57,836 nucleotides of DNA, from NCBI RefSeq assembly GCF_004010195.1, contig NC_057753.1, positions 14,052,485 through 14,110,320 on the forward strand, given 5' to 3'. The stretch is from Chiloscyllium plagiosum. Lineage: Eukaryota. Both the position numbers and the translations under genes were made by a program. Positions 53,868 to 57,836 of this stretch are shown here, in pieces (within the stretch, counting starts at the first letter, position 1; every line of letters starts with the position of its first letter). Under the pieces are notes generated by a model. That model did not search any database and was not told the origin of the DNA. It was given only the letters and a program-made list of their open reading frames with translations.

Positions 53868-54769
53868 TCATTCTTTGGAGCAACTGGTGACAGCGTCAAT
53901 CGGAAAAATCAGTAGCTTCTTCAACTCCATTCGAAACTTCTTTTGGACTATTGTGTAGATGAAGACATTATTGCAGGAACTGATTATCTGGAGCAAGTTG
54001 GTCGCCTCTTGAAGGATGTAATCAGGGTCATTGAAATCCAAACCAGCGAAGTATGCTTTTCCAGGAATACGCACATAGAGGAAATGTATGACTTGTATGA
54101 TCCATAGGACGAGGAAGCTGAGAGAGATAGTGAACAGCAGGGCTATGGACCTCTTGCGGCTGGCCAACTCCGGGTCTCTATCATTATCTGTGCCATGTAG
54201 TCTCCTGCGGGCTTGGTTGCTTGCCAAGATGTGTCGCATGGTCAGGATGTTGAGCAGTAGAATGAGGAAGAAAGGAAGAAACGGGATTAAAATGTGATCC
54301 AGCCAATCATAGGCCCGCCAAGCGAGTGAGCTGTAATACGCAGACTTGATATCACAAAACCAGGCCACACCATCCACAATATACAAAGGTTTGTAGGAAA
54401 AGTAAAAAGGCACGTTCTTGATAGCATTAAGCAGGCAGACAATTCCTATGACCAGCGACGCTGTTTTCTTGAGGCAATATCTGGTCTTCAGGTGTTGGCA
54501 GCAGATAGACACAAAACGGTCAATGGTGAAAGCCACTGTTAGCCATACTGAGCCATCTCGGCTAAAGTAAACCAGCACAGCACTGAGAGAACAGCCGGTG
54601 GTTGTGGACAGTACACTGTAGGTAAAATAGATGCGAGCAATTCGGTTGAGAATGCATCCGGTGATAATCACAAGGAAATCGCTCACTGCTATGGCCATCA
54701 AATAATAAGTCACACACCGAGAAAGTCCACACTGTCCACGGGACAGAATTACAATGGCCACCAAGTTGG
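53868..54769 (-). CDS. GPR139/GPR142-like class A GPCR, paralog C, coding exon 2 (spliced product 323 aa)
   Basis: Acceptor ttttgtttcactctgatag|CC AAC TTG gives ANLVAIVILSRG. 902 nt open to TGA with the same TM motifs. Intron 54770-56351. Confidence 0.95.
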
Positions 54770-56351
54770 CTATCAGAGTGAAACAAAAAGGGAAATATTG
54801 ATTACACGACATGAAACATAAAGTACTCTCTTATCCAATATTTGACAGGGAAAAAAAACTCTTGACCTGTTTGCTTTGTCTCGATTCAGTAGAAAATAAA
54901 CATAAACTGGATACCACCCAATGTTAATTTAAGCATTTGCTAATCCACGACTCTAACACAACCCATTACAAAGTCTGAATTCTGGCCACGAAGTCCATCC
55001 ATGCCATTCCATTTCAGCTCAGTGGAAACAATTGTTGTCGAAGCTTTTGAGCACAACAATTTCCACCCAATCAACAAACTTATTCTCGCTGTTTGGCATT
55101 TTCTCCCTTCCCAGCAATTGTCTAGCTTCAATAATCTCGTCCATTCAAGGTCAAATCATCCAACGCTATACCAATCTAGCTCAAGCAACAGCTAGAAGTT
55201 TCTTGAAGTATCAGTGCACCAGCAATGCCTCCGTGCTATGCATCCCTGGTATTAATGATCCATCAGTGGCAATTGTGCCTTCACCTTTTGAACTCCAATC
55301 TCGTGAATTCCCTATCTGAATTGACATTGTTTCTCCTTTCTTCTTCAGAACATTCTTCTAATCTATATCTTTAGTCAAAGCTCTGGTTGTCTCATGCGAA
55401 ATATCCACTTTGTGCTGTGATAAAATGTGTGTGTTAAAGTTCCTAAACAAGATTTTCCATGGCGTAATGCAATCATTGAAGAAATATACTTTGTAAATTG
55501 TTAATTGGAAATTATCAATAATGCTCATTTTTCCAGACAGCAATAGCCTGCTATTGACAACAATCTATTTTCTGAAAATAAAATCGAATGTTTAAAATCT
55601 ATCAGAACAAGCAATAGTACATCATCAGTTAGAAACATTGCAATGCATTCTGTGGCAAGATCGTCATTAATTGCCTATAAAATTTCTTCCTCGGCTATTT
55701 CGGGGTGCAATTACGAGTCACCAACATTTTTCTGCGTTTTGAGGTGCACGAAGGACAGAACAGGCAAAGACGATAGATTTCCATCCCTGCAGGACATAAC
55801 TAAACTTGGTAAGATTTTGTTTCATAGCTTCCAATGCATGCCGTGACCTCCACTGCCAGGTTTTATAAACTTAAACCGCACCAGTTGGTATATTGAAATT
55901 GTAAGTTAAAGCTGCCAGTGACATCTCCGGTGTGCTACCAGCACGTTCTCTTGCTATATAAAGGTTTGTCTTTTCCCTGCAAATTAAATAGAGTTGAATG
56001 CATTGTACTCACTTATAGTAAAGCCCAATGCTGATGGATTTTCATACTTTGCGATTCATATTTCAGCAATTCAAGTAGCTTTTTTTTTTACAAAGGACAT
56101 TCAGCATAATATGTAGGGAATATTTTGAAACACTCCATAATATCAGTATGAAAATGGATTTTAATTTACTAATTAACAAGATAATACGCTCAAAAGTAAT
56201 AGGTTTCTGGTTCAGGTCACTTATACTCAGGTAGCATTGAATATTTAGCCAAAATGAAAACGAATCTGTATAGAGAAGAGGCAACATTTTCTGGGGCGTT
56301 TTAAAAAGTAAACACACTAATTCAATAATTTTTTTGCTCATCAATAATTAC

Positions 56352-56421
56352 CTGGAACACCAATAACAGCGAGAACTGGATAACCAATGGCATAAACGAT
56401 GCCTTTTGCTGGCCCATGCAT
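56352..56421 (-). CDS. GPR139/GPR142-like class A GPCR, paralog C, coding exon 1 (MHGPAKGIVYAIGYPVLAVIGVP)
   Basis: ATG at 56421. 70 nt ending at donor CCAG|gtaatt. Homologous to the first exons of A and B. Confidence 0.9.
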
Positions 56422-56492
56422 CGACCTGGGGAACCTGAAGAAATCTCAATAACTGTGGCCCTGAGACTGTCAAATAGTCGACGCTTTCCTGT

Positions 56493-56528
56493 TTTATTCC
56501 AGGTGCTAGTCTCAAGAGGAATGATTCA
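56493..56528 (-). promoter_or_regulatory. Candidate core promoter of paralog C: degenerate homeodomain + O/E(EBF)-like motif and TATA-like AATAAA
   Basis: Sense strand TGAATCATTCCTCTTGAGAC at 56528-56509 and AATAAA at 56498-56493. Confidence 0.55.
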
Positions 56529-57412
56529 GTTGTGACATGAACTCAGATTGTAAAAATAAACAAAAGTTTTTTTTTCATGGCATATGTTTTCTTTCTATAG
56601 TTTTCACAAAGCGAATGTGTTTTTGTTTTACATGTGTATGACGTGCAGGTTGCAAACGCTGTCATTTTTCAAACCTCATGAGCCATGAACCTATGTTTCA
56701 GTGCAGCGAAAACCACTGAAGTTAGATACAATATTGAGATCCGAGATGGAAGGGAAATAAAAGTCTCTTCCATTCTCTGCCTTGTTCACAAATATTTCTA
56801 AATGTTACATTGTTCTAGTGTCCAATAATGTCCCTATCAGTGATGTAACACTCGGTGGCCTTTTATTCAGTAAATCATCCCCGTTACCCTTCTGAAAAAT
56901 AGGAACAACGTTGGCTATTATCTAATCTTCTGGTGAAAGCCGATACGAAAATATCTTCCAAGTTCCAGAGGCCGACTTCCTTGCATCCTTTGTATCTTCA
57001 TATATATTCCATCAGGGCAAGGGGGACTGATCTACCTTAACAGTATTCAAAGCACACAGTCATCCTCCTTCTTAATAACTATATATCACACGCATTTACT
57101 TTTTTTTCTGCCAACCTTTAGTGCTTTAAGTGGGGCGAGAGGTCAAATGCTATTACAGTACCTTACAAGCCATGACATTTATGCTTTTTGTGAAGATGAG
57201 GTATTTTACTACAATGATTCCAAACTCGCTTTAAAGCAACAGGCCAAGTTGAATTTGAAACATGGCACCACTGTCGTTTATGGAAGATCTTCGAAACACT
57301 TTTGTCGATATCAGTATTGGCGCTTGTGCAGCACGTTGATATTGGCAGCAGTCCAAGACACCATTTCACTATCTTCTTCTCCAGGGGAATAAATGCCGCC
57401 ATTAGACCACAA

Positions 57413-57836
57413 GATAATAGACAATAGACAATAGGTGCAGGAGTAGGCCATTCAGCCCTTCGAGCCTGCACCGCCATTCAACATAATCATGGCTGATCAT
57501 TCCTAATCAGTATCCTGTTCCTGCCTTATCTCCATAACCCTTGATTCCACTATCTTTGAGAGCTCTATCCAACTCCTTCTTAAATGAATCGAGAGAGAGG
57601 GCCTCCACTGCCCTCTGGGGCAGAGCATTCCACACAGCCACCACTCTCTGGGTGAAGAAGTTTTGCCTGAGATCTGTCCTAAATGGTCTACCCCGTATTG
57701 TTAAGCTGTGTCCTCTGGTTCGGCACTCACCCATCAGTGGAAATATGTTTCCTACTGCCAGAGTGTCCAATCCTTTCATAATTTTATACGTCTCAATCAG
57801 ATCCCCTCTCAATCTTCGAAACTCAAAGGTATACAA
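57413..57836 (-). mobile_element. CR1-type LINE 3' end (runs off the window)
   Basis: EFRRLRGDLIETYKIMKG...FFTQRVVAVWNALPQ and an (agacaat)n tail. Confidence 0.92.

Noticed and set aside
54770..54812. ORF-track start MSCNQYFPFCFTLI for paralog C as a single-exon 314-aa gene
   Set aside because: This is the intron polypyrimidine tract and acceptor read in frame. The homologous first exon is at 56421-56352.

Overview
AT-rich, repeat-dense vertebrate genomic DNA. The CR1/HER1-type LINEs, HE1-type SINEs and Penelope remnants suggest a cartilaginous fish (shark); this is inference. The only convincing protein-coding genes are three intact paralogous class A GPCRs of the GPR139/GPR142-related type, called here A (minus), B (plus) and C (minus). 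The ORF track shows only their large exons. Reading by hand recovers a 70-nt first coding exon for each, joined by a phase-1 GT-AG intron to a 902-nt second exon, so each protein is 323 aa. All three carry the same compact upstream module at the same distance from the ATG: a homeodomain-like TAATTA/GAATCA site abutting an O/E (EBF)-like CCTCT(G/T)GAGA site, then AATAAA. This resembles the Lhx2+Ebf logic of olfactory receptor regulation and makes the cluster a candidate chemosensory receptor family. That role is a hypothesis, not shown by the sequence. The rest is mostly decayed mobile DNA, including a Gypsy element with the rare Gmr1-like order (integrase before RT), plus a ~0.6 kb (TTTC)n tract and a G-rich 32-bp minisatellite. 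Repeat boundaries are approximate.
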